A stretch of 64,000 nucleotides of DNA, from contig CM097887.1 in the NCBI GenBank assembly GCA_044892525.1, positions 114,864,397 to 114,928,396 of the forward strand, written 5' to 3'. The DNA comes from Schmidtea polychroa. Its lineage: Eukaryota. The notes beneath the pieces were generated by a model. That model searched no databases and was not told the DNA's origin. It was given only the letters and a program-made list of their open reading frames with translations. Within the stretch, counting starts at the first letter, position 1; each line of letters starts with the position of its first letter. The position numbers were made by a program, and so were the translations under genes. Of this stretch, positions 1 to 14,269 are shown one piece after another.

Positions 1-890
1 TTACTGATTGAATGTCAACATCCATAATCGATTTTAATTTTGGAAAAGGAGTTCTGATGCCAATGCATGACGATGTAAAAAACAGTGAATGATCTGTCTT
101 TGTGGGACTTGCTATTTTACTATGACTGCAACGCCAGATTTACCCCAACATTGCAAGTGCACCGTCAATGTAGATAGAACCTAACTTTTTCTCAAATCGA
201 ATTCATTTCTTAAAAAAAACTCGTCGATTAACTGATATACATCAGCAGCTTTTGTTGCAGCCTCCAGCAATTCACAAAATAAAAAATTCTTCTTTGATGC
301 AATCATTGGCAGCGTATCTCACAAATACCAATAGTTGGCTGCATTGAGCGACGTCAGTACTTTTATCCAACTGAAGCCGAAGAGAAACATTCTTCAGTAC
401 ATCCATTGGTTGATCCAGTACATCACCAGACATATCTTGAATTCTAGGATGAATGATGCCATTTGACATGGGTATTTCGGCAATTTGTTTTCGTTTGTCT
501 TTTCCGACAACAGTTTAGACCATTTCAAGAGCACACCGCTTTACCAAAGTTTCAGCGATTATATGAGACTTTTAGTTTCTAACAATTAAATATGCTACTT
601 TGTGTAAGGCCTCGAGAAGAGGTTTTTTTGTTGATTCGAAATTAAATTTGATAAGAGTATGTGATAACTGAAAACAAACTTTCTTTTGCTAAAGTGCTGC
701 TAATGAGTCTTCAAAATTTCCTAGGTGCATTTTCATGAAATGTTCTTGAAGCTTCATAGGTCTCATATTGTCATTACAAAAAACCTTAGCACAAAAAAAG
801 CACTGAAGTTTTAAATTTTCATACCGATCATTAAAAAAAAGTAAATCTAAATTTCACATAATCTTCACTGCAATCTCTTTTCTGACACTT
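1..890 (-). pseudogene. Decayed hAT (Buster/Charlie, ZBED5/SCAND3-like) transposase, running off the window start
   Basis: Minus-strand translation gives the BED finger region (LQCFFCAKVFCNDNMRPMKLQEH), HIIAETLVK, LQLDKSTDVAQCSQLLVFVRY (ORF 272..469) and IDGALAML/IHCFLHRHALA-like motifs, with stops and frameshifts. Confidence 0.85.
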
Positions 891-1089
891 TTCTTTCTTG
901 AAAAGATGGTACAAAATTTATCAATTAAAAAAAAATTAATCAGACATGTTTACGAAATTTATATTTACTTTCTATTGATTTTCAAAACCAGACTAACCGG
1001 AGCAAATAATTGGAAGCAACTGCATTTATCTGCATTCATTTATCGTAAAAATTTATCAAAAGATTTTATTTCTCAGAATTCTTTATATT

Positions 1090-1828
1090 TGTTGGGTTAT
1101 TACTGGTACAGTCAGTACTGATTCTGACTACTCGTTTGTCTCAGTTATCAAGATAAAACTCAACACAACACTTTATTAAATGTCAACAAACTTTGATACA
1201 AAGTTCTTGATTTCACTCTTAGTTCTGCACTCTTCAATATCAATTGAAAGCAGGTGACCCTAAGAGAGACCGCTTTATTCAAATTTGGCAATGAGTTTTA
1301 TCTTGTTAAAATTTGAAATATCTAAGATTTTTAATATTTAATCACGATATTGTACTTTCCTCTTTTTGACCAACTGGCATTTGCCTAACATTGTCGTTTA
1401 ATTTTAGATTGCTATTCATCCCACTTACTCACATAATTGAATTAGCATCGGCTTTGTTCACAGATCTCGTTTCGCTATTTAAACAAAACTAATAATTTTG
1501 AAAGGAAGCCTAATTATATTATCGACTTGTTTACAGCTCGGGTTTCCCATATGTGTCTGGTTTTCTACATGGCTCAGGCTTCCCACATACCTAATAAATC
1601 ATTCATTTATTTTTAATTAATTTTTATTTATTGAATATCTATTTCTGGGGACCCCTATCGGTTTTAAATTAGTGTATATGTGCTAGTCTTAAACGTTCGC
1701 TATCCGTACATACGAAATTTTCCCCGGAATACGTCATTTTGATTTTTTTCAAATTTTTTTTAATCTTGGATTTTTAAAGGTTTTCGCAATTTATTGATTT
1801 GTACATTTAATGTTTGCACATTCCAACT
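1090..1828 (-). mobile_element. Solo LTR (Gypsy-like), diverged relative of 12034..12812
   Basis: Begins TGTTGGGTT and ends TTCCAACT (decayed CCAACA). Flanked by a 4-bp direct repeat TATT. Shares ordered motifs with 12034..12812 (AAAC(T/C)CAACACA..CTTTATTAAAT, GCTCGGGTTT, TTATTGATTTT). Orientation inferred from an AATAAA on the minus strand. Confidence 0.6.
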
Positions 1829-2536
1829 TATTTTGAGCTTATTTTAAATGAACCCAAAAAGATTTAAGGAAATAAAAATTTTAAATTGCAAAAAAACGTA
1901 CAAAATAAATTTGTTTTTTATAAAATAATTTGATGTTGAATTTAATTTAACAATCACTTCATTTCCGCACCTCTATAGGAATGTGCACCTCAAAGGCTAA
2001 GAAACCCCAACTTCAATAGTGAAAAAGAATAAATTGACCATTGTCTGAAGCTATTAATTTTAGTTTCAAAGAGTTGATTATGTAAAGTTCATCAAAGCAA
2101 CCTGATGCGACAAATTGATTTAAAGCTGCTATATGCTATATATGTGTTTAAATTGTTCATAACTTAATTATGTTAAATACCTCTCGACCCGAATGATTCA
2201 ATGGGTTATCATTAAGTAAATTATTAAGTTTCAAACGCTTCTTTGTAACAGTTAGACTGCGGTCATTATTTATAATCTTATAATTTTATGTTATTTCAAT
2301 ATTTTCATTTCATTACAAGATTATCCTTTAAAAAACCTTTTCGGTTAAAATTTCAGTGTTATATATCTTACTTATCTTGACAGAAAACTCGAAGTATAAA
2401 TCAATTTGTATATACACTTCTGTGCAGGTTTCCATTCACAGATAGTTCAAATTAGACAGTAAATTAGATGACTTATGCATTTGAATGGTCCTAAAATTTT
2501 ATTTTTAACTAAGTTATATAGAATATAGAAGCAAGA

Positions 2537-3908
2537 CATTGGCGTCACTAGGGGGTGCGGGCCGCACCGGGTGACACCAATTTCTCAATTTGTCACCAAA
2601 ATGAAAAAAACATTTATTTTTGTGAAATTTAAAAATTTTATCAATATCTCTAACATAGTTACAGTTTACATAATATTTAAAGGAAATTAGGACAAGACAT
2701 AAATTTTAAAGATAAAAACAGTGACAGTCTTCCACTCAAAAAGTGGCTACTAGTAGTTTACTACTACAATAAAATAATAATGACGATATGCACATGTTTT
2801 TCTATCTGTCCGAAAAAAATATATATTTTTATTTTTTACTTAAAAAGATGGAAATAAAAAGATAAATAACTACATTCATTACCTAATGAATAAATAATGT
2901 TGGTTATAAATAATTATATAGATTTCATATAGATTTTATATGTTTATATGTTTGTTTAGTTGTATATTTTTAAGTCTCTAATTTATTATATATTTATTAT
3001 TTAAGAATATTATATCATGCCACATGTAGTGTACAAATCAAAGAGGCCTAGTGGATGTGAGCAGCGAAAAGAAAGAAGAAAAGATGTGAATCACTAAAAT
3101 CACAATAGGGATTTATGCTTCAATATGTCAAGAGACCAAATGATGGCCGAGGTTCATCAAAAGACGTTGTTCCACAATCTACAATTGATAGTGATTCCTC
3201 ATATGCAAGCAGCATGCATTCTTCAAAAGAGCAACTAGAGCCGAAAATGGAGGTGATCGATTCAGACATAAATGAATTAACAGTTTGTGGAGTTAAAACA
3301 GAAATGAATGCTGGAAATGTTTCTAACCGTAATATTTTAAATGTGCTGAGTCAAGTTAATGAGAAAAATTGGAATCTTTTATCTGATGCTTCTTTCTGGA
3401 ATGTACCAGTTCTAGATCGTTTTCGAGTTGAAATTGTTACAAGAGGAAGTTGTTCTTTTCAGATCAAGGACGGGCCTTTCAGTGCTGTGACAAGATAAGG
3501 TGCGAAAACCAAAGGAGATGTACGCCAGCTGTCAAAAAAATGGTTTTACAAGACGTTGCAAAATGGTGAGAAAATACTGCGGTCATGAATGGTTTACTCG
3601 CTCGTCAATGAGAAATTATACTGCTTTTTAATAAACTTTTAAATAAAATAAAGTTTAATGACATTAATGTTAAATAACGATAACTTAAGTTTGGTTTACC
3701 TGAAGTAGTAAAGTTATATTGTTCAATTTGAATTTGTTTTCTTTTTCTGCCCTTATTTGACTTATTTTACAAACATTAGTATATTCCATTATAATGATTA
3801 TATATGGTCTAGTACAGGAACACTCGGAAAACCATGGCGATTCAAGTCTAGAGGCGTGACACCAAAGGTTTACCGCACTGGGTGACACCAACCCCAGCGA
3901 CGCCACTG
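2537..3908 (+). mobile_element. Internally deleted hAT (Tip100/ZMYM-like) element
   Basis: TIRs CATTGGCGTCACTAGGGG and (reverse complement) CAGTGGCGTCGCTGGGG; subterminal CCGCAC(C/T)GGGTGACACCA at both ends; degenerate 8-bp TSD AAGCAAGA/AAACAAGG. Confidence 0.75.
3115..3625 (+). pseudogene. 5' part of hAT transposase (TTF-type zinc-finger region)
   Basis: ORF 3115..3498 continues past a stop into WFYKTLQNGEKILRS..MVYS..KLYCF, typical of the N-terminus of ZMYM/Tip100-type hAT transposases. Confidence 0.7.
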
Positions 3909-6573
3909 AAACAAGGGACAGATTAATACATGGGATATGGATTTTTAATATTAATTTAAAATAAAACTCGCCAACAAAAATATTTTTTAATTTTTTTAAC
4001 ATTCATGTGTTATTTACGATTTCGTTTATCTCTATCCTTTCAGATTATAAATTTTATAAAATGAAATTAATAAAACTCTAAAATTCATTAAAACACGTTT
4101 TACTAAATCTTGCATTTCCCAGAATTTTGAGCTTTATTAAAAATAACAATTTCAAAACAAAACCGTTAAAATTAAACCTCTAGAATCATTAATTTAATTT
4201 TATTTTTAAGAATTTTATAAAGAAATTGTCTTTTATTGTCTCATACTCATAGTCTTTCGTTTAATCTCTTTTAGTAAGATTGTCATATGGAATACTTTGA
4301 TTAAAATTCCCCCTATAATTTTAATCAACTTTTTTATAACTATTTTTTTGTCGATTAATTAATTTTACATCTTATCATTGAAAATAAGTGTTTTGAAATT
4401 AAATTACCCAGATCTTTGTTACGCTCGTCAATTTTATTTTTCTTTTAACTTTAGAGATTTTTTTATGACTAGCAATAACAATAAATTAATATAAATTAAA
4501 TTAAATATAAATTTAAAAAATTTTTAAGCAAATTTTTATTAGAAAAACGAAAAAAATAATTTGTTTTAGCCTTGGAACTAAAAGTGTTGTGCAAGTCTTG
4601 AGTTGTTCTTTTTATATATGTTACACAGAATCCATGAAATTGCCGAATAAGTGAAATCAACAAAAATAGCTTAATTCATGGAAAACGCAAGCCCATTGCC
4701 GATTTGAATTAACCGGCTAATTCTAGTGTGTACATATTATCATTTCCCCTGTATTTTGATGTAATTATTGGATATATTAATTTATCTTGAATTTTAACAA
4801 TGCGATTTATTGTTTTACATTTTTTTAGAGAAAAGTTGTTAAAATTCATTGTTTTCAATATATCGGAACATATAAAATAAAATATTTACAATACAATACT
4901 GATGTTTTAATATAAATTTTCACCATTGATGAAAATGTATTAAAATACCAAAAAATTAAAGTCTTATTCAACTGTCACTTTGACAGTTAACATTGACGAA
5001 TTCATGATTTGGCGTAACATGCACCATACCGCATTCGTTAAAAACTTTTAGAATGTGTGATGGTAATAATTACGTACAAAGAAAAATGAGTAATTATTGC
5101 TTACACATTATTGTACGGATTTTTTTGATCAAACTCTGGAAACTTCACATTTTAAATTATTCTCTAAGGTTTTAATCTTTTGTTATGATGAAAATAACTG
5201 AAATATCGAAAATGAAAACAGATCAAAGAAAACATATCTGTGGTCATATGATAAACATAGAATTACAATAACAAAACAAAGATGGTATAAAAAGAGCTGC
5301 AGAGAAGATAATTGCCAATTGGTCGAAGAGAAAAGAATTATTTGAAGAGAAGTTGAAAACGAATCAAGAAAATTTCAACGAAAGGAAGCAACTTTTGAAT
5401 ATAACTTCAAATCAGCTTAAGGTTCCAGACAAGGGGATCACCTTAAATAAAATTAATTTCTGAAAGAAAAGTGCAAAATTTGTGAATTAGTTGTAAATTA
5501 CATTGAGGTGACCAAAAAATAATAAAATATTTTCCAAGCATCTATTTAAATTATTAGTATCACAAAATGTAAGAAAATCTATTTAAACAAGTAGTATATA
5601 CATTTACAAATATATTAAATAAATTGCTCATAATTTTATAATATGATGAAAAGTATTTTTTATAACAATTTAACAATAAACAATTAGAATTCGCAAATTT
5701 CTTTCTTTATTTTCTCAAAAAAGTGTACTTGGAGTACTAACTTTCGACATATTCTTTAAGTTCATATTTTGAAACTTATTTGTATTTTCTGCAGCAGGCA
5801 CATTTTTAATTAAAATTTTATTATCTTAGAATAATATTTTTCAAAAATTTCTTTTATTACTTAATTTTATTTTTTTCATTAAAACAAATTAAATTACTGC
5901 ATTGTCATCAAAACTACAATTATATGAGATATTTATTAATTCACTCTAATATATTTGGAAATGCGTCAAAATTATATTATAAAATTTTATCCTAAAATTT
6001 TATACTAACAAGAAACTAAAGTTAAATATGAAATTATATAAACAAATGATTGTAATTAATTAAAAACTAGTTGCAACCTATGAATATTCACGGGAGTAAA
6101 ATTATTGGCCTATTTATATAATAATTTTTTTTTATTTTTTTATATATATAATAATATAATAATTTTTATATAATAATTTATATAATAATTAATTATATAA
6201 TATATGGATCAATAAAAATAATAATGATGATGACTGATGACAAACAAATGTACGTTTTTGCCTATTTATATACTAATATTTTATATGACAATTATTTTAC
6301 AAATTCAAAATATAACGATTTGTATAATTTTAACAGCTGTAAATTTTATCACATAAACACTTAAAATTTGCCTCGTACTATTAAAATTTTTCATTATCAG
6401 ATTTGTTTAGACAAATAATTTATTATATTTACTTACAATTAAAAAAGACAAAATATCTCACGCATTCAATATATGCATATATATAGCATTTATATATATT
6501 AGTCTTGAAAAGCTCATTATTCTGTCATATGTACACTAAGTCTAAAAAATATACATTACGCTTTAATTATTAA

Positions 6574-7034
6574 CCCTTTCGTTACTATGAGCGTACATAT
6601 GCAATTTGCATATATGGGTCCAAAGGACAAAAAACATTTTTTTTGGATATGAGTTTTGAATGTGTTATTAGATGATTAGCGTTATATTTAACTTATTCAC
6701 GAAAGTTTGTTACGAAGAACGTGCGTTTCCGTTATTAAATTTATTAAAAATAACTCGTCACGAAAGGATTGAGGTGTTAATAGTCGTCGAAGTAAATGTG
6801 AATATCCAAACTTTATATTTGATTGGAAACCATTTTAATACATTTCTATTAAAATTTCTATTTAAATTTTATTTCAAAGTTGCCTATTCTATATTTATTT
6901 TATTTTATTTTATCTTGGATATTCAGAATATGAACAAAATATATGAAAGATATTGTAATTGAGAAGAGAAAGTATGGTAGGACACAGCGGCTAGCCGACT
7001 CTGTGTAAATTATCCGGCGTACGTATAGTAAAGG
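6574..7034. mobile_element. piggyBac-like non-autonomous element (degenerate right end)
   Basis: TTAA followed by CCCTTTCGTTACTATGAGCGTAC; the right end GTACGTATAGTAAAGG matches its reverse complement with small deletions; right TTAA missing. Confidence 0.5.
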
Positions 7035-7808
7035 CACCATAAATTTCAGGTGAGAATGAAATATTTGAAAAAATTATTATTCATTAAGTTTATTATATTC
7101 AAATTTATTTTAATTTAAATTATATATTATAGATTTGTCTCAAATAAATTATTTATAATCACTTATTTATTATTATTCTTTAAAATTTTATTTTATTTTC
7201 ATCTAACCTAATACAAAGTTTATAGAAAAAAAGTAAACTATAAATTTCATGAGTCATATTATACAAGTTTTTATAAAGTAATTTTCTATTGTGGGGAGAG
7301 AAGCGCAAATAAAGTTCGGCATATAGTTTCTGGACACTACTGAGGCTACTTTGGTAAGACGTACTTTGTAATCTGTAAAAAAAATTTTATAATAACATAA
7401 CGTGTCAAAGTCTTTTCAATTAGAAAATTATTTGTCAAAGAAGTGAGATTGCATTTATCTTAGAAAAAGTAACAAATCAAGTTTAGAAACGAGAAATTAG
7501 TCAATTATTTCAAAGTTAAATAAACATTATTCCATTTAAAATATAAATTAAGCCAATAAGTAAATAAAAGAAATTCGAAAATTTATAAAGCAAAGCAAAT
7601 AATATTTTTAAAACCTGTCACAAAGGTCAAGGAAAATTTAAATATAGAAAATGTTCTTTCAAATGGCACACAAGTGAACTCACCGCCCCATAGCTTGCCT
7701 ACAATATTTCTTACTTACATATTAATTATGTATTTGAAAATTTTCATTAATAAATACTTGACATTTATTTTCATTTATTGGTTTTTATTCTTTTTAACTT
7801 CAATATTA

Positions 7809-8174
7809 AGTGATAATTTCTTGGTAGCAGCATTAATTAAATTTTAAAAAATTAAATGATAATTTAAGCCTTTTACTGCGAATAAGAATATATTTAATAC
7901 AAATGAAAAAATTTTCGACTATAACATTTTTAGAGGATATTTAATTAAAAATAATTTTTAAATTTTAAATTCTTCAGAAAAAAAGTTTATTATTATTTTT
8001 AACGAACGAGAATTAAGAAAATTGGAAATAAAAGAGAAGATCAAAGATCATTTTGAAAATAGAAGAAGCTAAATTCCAGGAAATCGAAAAGGGCTTATTG
8101 TCGAAAATATTTTCATTTGTATTAAATATATTATTCGCAGAAAAAGGCTTAAATTATCATTTAATTGTTTAAAA
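7809..8174. mobile_element. Short Penelope-derived element with inverted arms
   Basis: Arms are homologous to those at 20224/21316 and inverted relative to each other; flanked by a 16-bp direct repeat TTTAACTTCAATATTA (7793-7808, 8175-8190). Confidence 0.65.
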
Positions 8175-9050
8175 TTTAACTTCAATATTATTTATAAAAT
8201 GCATTAATAAAGTAATAAGCAATAATATTTTGATTTTTTTATTATTTAATTATATTTTAAATGAAAATATTTTGTAACATATATTTAAAGTTTACGACAT
8301 TTAAAAGTCATTACACAATAGCCCATGTTCACTATTTTTATTTTCATCTTTTATTAACAAATAGTCCATTAATATTGGTTAATAATTGCTTTATTAAGTA
8401 ATTAAAATTTGCATACAACCATGTAATTTATATGATATAGTTAATGTATAAGGATTAATTAATTTAGAATTGTTATTTTATAAAGATTTAATGACAATTA
8501 ATTTTATATCAATTATATTCTAAACATCGAGGAAAATTTGTTTACAAAATAAATGTTATCCATCACTAATTTTACATTATATCCGTGCTCAAATGGTCGA
8601 ACTGTTTAATTACTTCATTTATAAAATTAAGTATTTAATCGCTTTTAATAACTAAGTAGGATTCAAGTTTAGTCTACGCAATGTAAGGGATATTTAAATA
8701 ACGACATGAATTAATTTAATTATTTTAATATATTTTTCAAGCGGAAATTCACGGATAAATGAGCCTAACCGTGATGAAACGAAGAAATCATTGTTAATAA
8801 ATATTAATTATTTATTTTAGTTAATAATAAATCTATCTACAGTTTTTTAGGTTGGGAAATTATTTTTAATTCAAAATTAGATAATTCGATTAATTGAATT
8901 AAATTAAATATTATTCCTGACTGAAAATATATCATTCATTATTGGCAACTTGAGTTTCACATATCTACCGAATTGAATGAAAATGTCACTGTTGTTATAA
9001 CTTGGAACCATTTATGATAATGTATTTAATACTTATTTAAATATTAGTTA

Positions 9051-9397
9051 GGTACTTCCGTGTTATCTTACTCCCAAAAATTAAATTATAAAATACAATT
9101 AAAATAACAATATAAAAAATGAGAGAATACATTATTGATGACGTTATTGAACATAATTTATTAAGGCTATCTATGATTTATATGATTATGTGATTGTGTG
9201 AGTAACGTGTTCTAAGCACAGTGCCAATGTGTTCGACACTATTCTCAACGACATTGTGGTTTCCTGGCCACCTGGATGACCATTTGCAAACTCTTTACAA
9301 ACATTTGCTGAGTTTGTAACTGTGATTTAGAAAATATATATAATAATTATGTTCTTTTTTAATTTAATTTTTGGAGGTAAGATAACACGGAAGTACC
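9051..9397. mobile_element. MITE with GG-starting ~38-bp TIRs (Merlin- or MULE-type)
   Basis: TIR GGTACTTCCGTGTTATCTTAC(TC/CT)CCAAAAATTAAATTA is near-perfect; 9-bp TSD TATTAGTTA/TATTAGTTT; faint RKPQCR-like transposase residue on the minus strand. Confidence 0.75.
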
Positions 9398-9723
9398 TAT
9401 TAGTTTTTATTAAAGCTATAAATTGATGAAAACAGAAATTTATTGAAGGCAGTCTCTCATATTTATGCATATNNNNNNNNNNNNNNNNNNNNNNNNNNNN
9501 NNNNNNNNNNNNNNNNNNNNNNNNNNNNNNNNNNNNNNNNNNNNNNNNNNNNNNNNNNNNNNNNNNNNNNNNNNNNNNNNNNNNNNNNNNNNNNNNNNNN
9601 NNNNNNNNNNNNNNNNNNNNNNNNNNNNNNNNNNNNNNNNNNNNNNNNNNNNNNNNNNATTGACGGTTATATAACCACTATTTTTTTTAATTGTATATTT
9701 TATTTTAAAAACCAGCACCCAAG

Positions 9724-10748
9724 ATGGAAGAAGAGGAGAGCAGACGAAAGAAAAGGACAAAGGTTGATGTTAAAGATATTAAAACAATAAAATTAATGCG
9801 ATCACAAGGAGATAAAATTGATAAAATGGCGACTGTCCTTGATTTATCGATACCGACGATAAACAAACTTTTGAATAAAATTAGAGTATGTGAAGAAAAC
9901 AATGAAAATATTACTAATATAATTAAGAAATCTGGTCGTAGGTCTTTAGAAATAAACGATGCTGTTATTAAGATTTCTGAGGTGATACAGAATGATCCTC
10001 GTTTAACACAAAAAGGCATTATTGAAAAGCTAGGAGAAGATGGGATTACTCGTTCACAGTCGATGGTAAGCAGGAGTCTGAAAAACTCAATATAACGAGA
10101 AAAAGAATTAAGAAGATATCAGATAAAGTATTTGATATGGGTATCATTTTAGACAGGAAAGCCTTTTCAATAAAATACAGAAATATATCAAATACGAGGT
10201 TACTTTTTTCTGGATGAGACTGGTTTTAATCTTCATACGATGTATGATTTCGGATATTCACCAAACAACATCCCCGTCAATGTGTTGGTTCCCCAAGGGG
10301 GCGTAATGTAAGTGTTATATCTATCATATCAGCAGAAAAAAAATTTGCATAATAAAATGATAATTGGACCGTATAATTCTAATTATTTTACTGTATTTTT
10401 GGAGGAATGTGAAGAGTTGAATCTATTCGGACGAGATAAAATCGTGTTAATGGATAATGTAAGATTCCATAAGACTTCGGTAATAAGAAATATTTTTCTT
10501 CAAAAGGAATTAATTATGATTTTATACCGCCGTATTCGCCCCAATTAAACCCAATTGAAGAGGTATTTTCTACTTTAAAAAGTAGATATTTCCATAAGTG
10601 TCCTTTGCCTAAAACTGCACAAGAGATAATGCAGTATGTTTCGGATGTAATTTTTGAAATGAATGAGGATGATAATTTGAATTTTGGTGATTTCTATAAT
10701 CATATCTTGTCATTTATGGATATGGCATTTAATGGTGACTTTTTTTAA
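9724..10748 (+). pseudogene. IS630/Tc1-like DD34E transposase, frameshifted
   Basis: HTH N-terminus (ORF 9724..10095), LFLDETGFN, VLMDNVRFHK, IPPYSPQLNPIEE; 34 residues between the second D and E after frame correction; element ends hidden in the flanking N gaps. Confidence 0.9.
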
Positions 10749-12033
10749 ATTGGTGTTTTGTTGTTTATACTTGTAATTTGTTGTTTTTATCTTCTTTTTT
10801 TGTTTATTTAGTCAATACATAAACATTTATATTATACATTGTATATTATATATTAATGTATAGTGTATATANNNNNNNNNNNNNNNNNNNNNNNNNNNNN
10901 NNNNNNNNNNNNNNNNNNNNNNNNNNNNNNNNNNNNNNNNNNNNNNNNNNNNNNNNNNNNNNNNNNNNNNNNNNNNNNNNNNNNNNNNNNNNNNNNNNNN
11001 NNNNNNNNNNNNNNNNNNNNNNNNNNNNNNNNNNNNNNNNNNNNNNNNNNNNNNNNNNNNNNNNNNNNNNNNNNNNNNNNNNNNNNNNNNNNNNNNNNNN
11101 NNNNNNNNNNNNNNNNNNNNNNNNNNNNNNTGACTTTCGATTCTTCAAATAATATTTAAAACAAAATCTCATTTTCTGCGACACGCAAAATAATTGAATA
11201 TAAGACTGAATGAGCTAATTGTATTTGAATAAAAAATTGTCGAAAATAGAAACTCAAATGCCAAAAATTCACCAATATGAAAAGACAATTATTTTTTTTG
11301 CAAAGCTGTCTGTGATGTTCTTTTTGTCTTTGTATGCAGTTGAAAAGCAATGTCTCGTCAAAGAAAGGTAAATAATTTGAGTGGCAGATCATCTTGAGAC
11401 AATATCTCAATTGTAAATGAGCATTGCAAGTCTCTGATATGTCTAGGAAGCACATCAAGAGCAAAACAACAAACAAGCCGAAGTAATTCGACTGTGTGAT
11501 AATGACAAGTTCAATTAATTGCTTTCTAACGAAGGATACCACACGAATTAAGATTCTAAGGAACAAAATTGATTTTCTCCATCGGAGAATAAAAAAATTA
11601 GTGCTTTCATAAAATGGAGCACTTTAAAATTTAAATTTAAAATTTCAGTTTTATTTAATTTGGGATTTTTATGGTAAATTTCTCTGAAAATTCACACAAT
11701 AAACTTTCTTAAATGAAGTAATATTTGAAATTTTAACTTTAATAAAACACATTATATAGATTTTTATAATGTAAATAATTCTCATTTGAAAGGCAATAAC
11801 CCTTTCACAATATCCATGGAACACAAATTCTCTCTACCAGCTTTTTATTATCTCTGGACTTGTATTAATAGACCATTTTGTTGATTTATTTATTTACCTA
11901 ACCCTGTAACAAACATATGCGAATAAGTGAAATTTATGCGTTTATTGTCACATAACACAGTAAAAACCTATATTTAAAATATACTCTAACCTCATATTAA
12001 CAAAAAGGGGTAACGTATTACAAAAATAAAAAG

Positions 12034-12812
12034 TGTTGGGTTTTTATTTGAAAGTCGGCTCTTTCTCTGACTCCTCGTGTTCTTATTCAGCCAAATGACT
12101 CAAACCCAACACAGAATACTTTTTATTAAATCTTTATCATAATTACAATTTGTCACTATTTGCACCTTTCTCTCTAGATACTTTTCACTAGATAAGGTAG
12201 AAAACCCAAAGTATAATCACCTTTTTTGGTTCGAGTCTTACCTTGTTTGAATTAATATGTTTCTCTTTCAAATTATTGATCGCCGGATTGGGCTCTTTGC
12301 TTTTCTGTTCTCTCTTCGACCAAATGGCGGCTTTTTCACTTCTGAGGTCTTGTTCTATATTCTTTATGAGAGGCCAATTATCTAGAAAATTGCGCTAAAT
12401 TATTTCCACGGAACCCAAAATCAATATTTGAGGGTTTTAAGATAACTTTAATATTTTTACCCTTGATTAGGGCTCAACATATTCCTTCTTTTATCTTGTT
12501 GCTCTGGTCTCACTGCGCATCGGATTTCCTACAGCGCTCGGGTTTTTCATCGGCTCGGGTTTTCCATTACCGATTAATTAATTTTAATTAATTTGTTTTT
12601 GTCGCATTAACTTTCCTTGTGAACACCTTATTAAATTTTTATTATAATTTCTGAACTCGTCTATCGATTTGGCGTTCAACCATTCCTGATACCTCCGTTC
12701 AATATTGATTTGTATTAAATTTTAATTGATTTTGCACTTTTATTGATTTTACGCATTTTTGTTATGCTTCCCTTTTATATATGAATTTTTGGTTTTTGCG
12801 CTAACCCCAACA
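12034..12812 (-). mobile_element. Solo LTR (Gypsy-like)
   Basis: TG...CA with terminal inverted TGTTGGG/CCCCAACA; 4-bp TSD AAAG; no coding capacity. Confidence 0.7.
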
Positions 12813-14269
12813 AAAGTAAATGAAAATGAATTAGTACCGAAATATACTTATTAAACTAAAACTAATAATTAAAATAAAAATAAAATAGCAAAAATGGTAA
12901 AACGAAAGTGAAAATTTGAGATATAAAAATTTAATGCGCTATATTGTTGGTGTGCATGGTAGGCGCAGTTCAAATAGAACGTCAAACATTATTGGTAATT
13001 GGGAAAAGTGCTTCGAATGCAAATGTTTAAAAGGTCATTTTTCAATTAAGCACTTACGATAGTAATTATTTAGCCGAGGAGTTTGGCGAACCACTATAAA
13101 AATATTTGCAACGAATTGGTATGTTTTTTGATTAATATAAATCAATTAGGCGCTATACAATATATAACTTGTTGATACAACTGTTAAATTTGCAACGATA
13201 ACACGATGTACTATGCATTTCATATCGATATTTGGTACAGATAACATTCGATGTATTTAGCATGTCATTCTAGTGGAAGTGGTTAATAGTCTAAAAAGTT
13301 GTTAATATTTTAAAAATAATAATTATAAATTCAAATTTCCGAAAACAATATGTTTGATTTAAATCTATTTGTGAAAAATAAAAATTAATTGTGAAAATGA
13401 AAAGTATAGAAAATATTCAAGTAATGATGAAAAAATAAAACATTTTATTATTTTTAATTTATTTTTTCCCATTTTATTTTTTCCACAAAATATACTACTC
13501 CTGCATTTTTTCATTGACATGCATTTTTTCCTTGAATCAAATGTTATAGACTCGTTATTAAAATTGAATCTATTATATTTGATTGTCTTTTAGAATCCCA
13601 TTGGGATTTTTGAATATTTACAAATGTTTCATTCGCTTTATACATTTTCTGAGCTAATATTTCCCACACATTTTTAGTCACTTTTCTAATCTAACCAATG
13701 CGCTAGCGAGTGAATAACCTAAATGATTATTTTTGATGCTAAACATTGTGTTGGATTGGAGACTAAAGATACTCAATTTCCCTACAAACATAAAATGTAT
13801 TTATATAATTGCTTATATTTATATAATTGCTTATACTAATGAAAAGAATAATTATTCTTTTATATTTAATATTATATTCAATAATTGCGATTGACATGAC
13901 TGGTTTATTTTTAAATAAATTATTTATTTTCTTTGGAAATGCTTTCAAAACTCGAGATCATAATGATTTAAGGAGATTTACCGAAGCCTTATGTTAAGAT
14001 TTCCAAATCATTTTAAAGTTGTCTATGGCTTTTTTTCTTATACAGCTAAATATAGTGCTTGTCCATAACGCTGGGGTACTGAAGGTACTTAATGTTACTT
14101 AGTATCCATAAATATAAATTGTGAACCTACTGAATAGTTTGTCTTAATGATGTTTTGATATAAAGTCACAAATGGTATATAGGGGATCGTGTTTTCTGTG
14201 TTAAAACAGAGATTCAAACATACTGCAAAACATTTCCAAAATGTTCATAAATCTATTTTCAACACTCAC

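Noticed and set aside
5280-5463. Stop-free ~60-codon stretch (DGIKRAAEKIIANWSKRKELFEEK...)
   Set aside because: No start codon, clear splice donor or recognisable homology.
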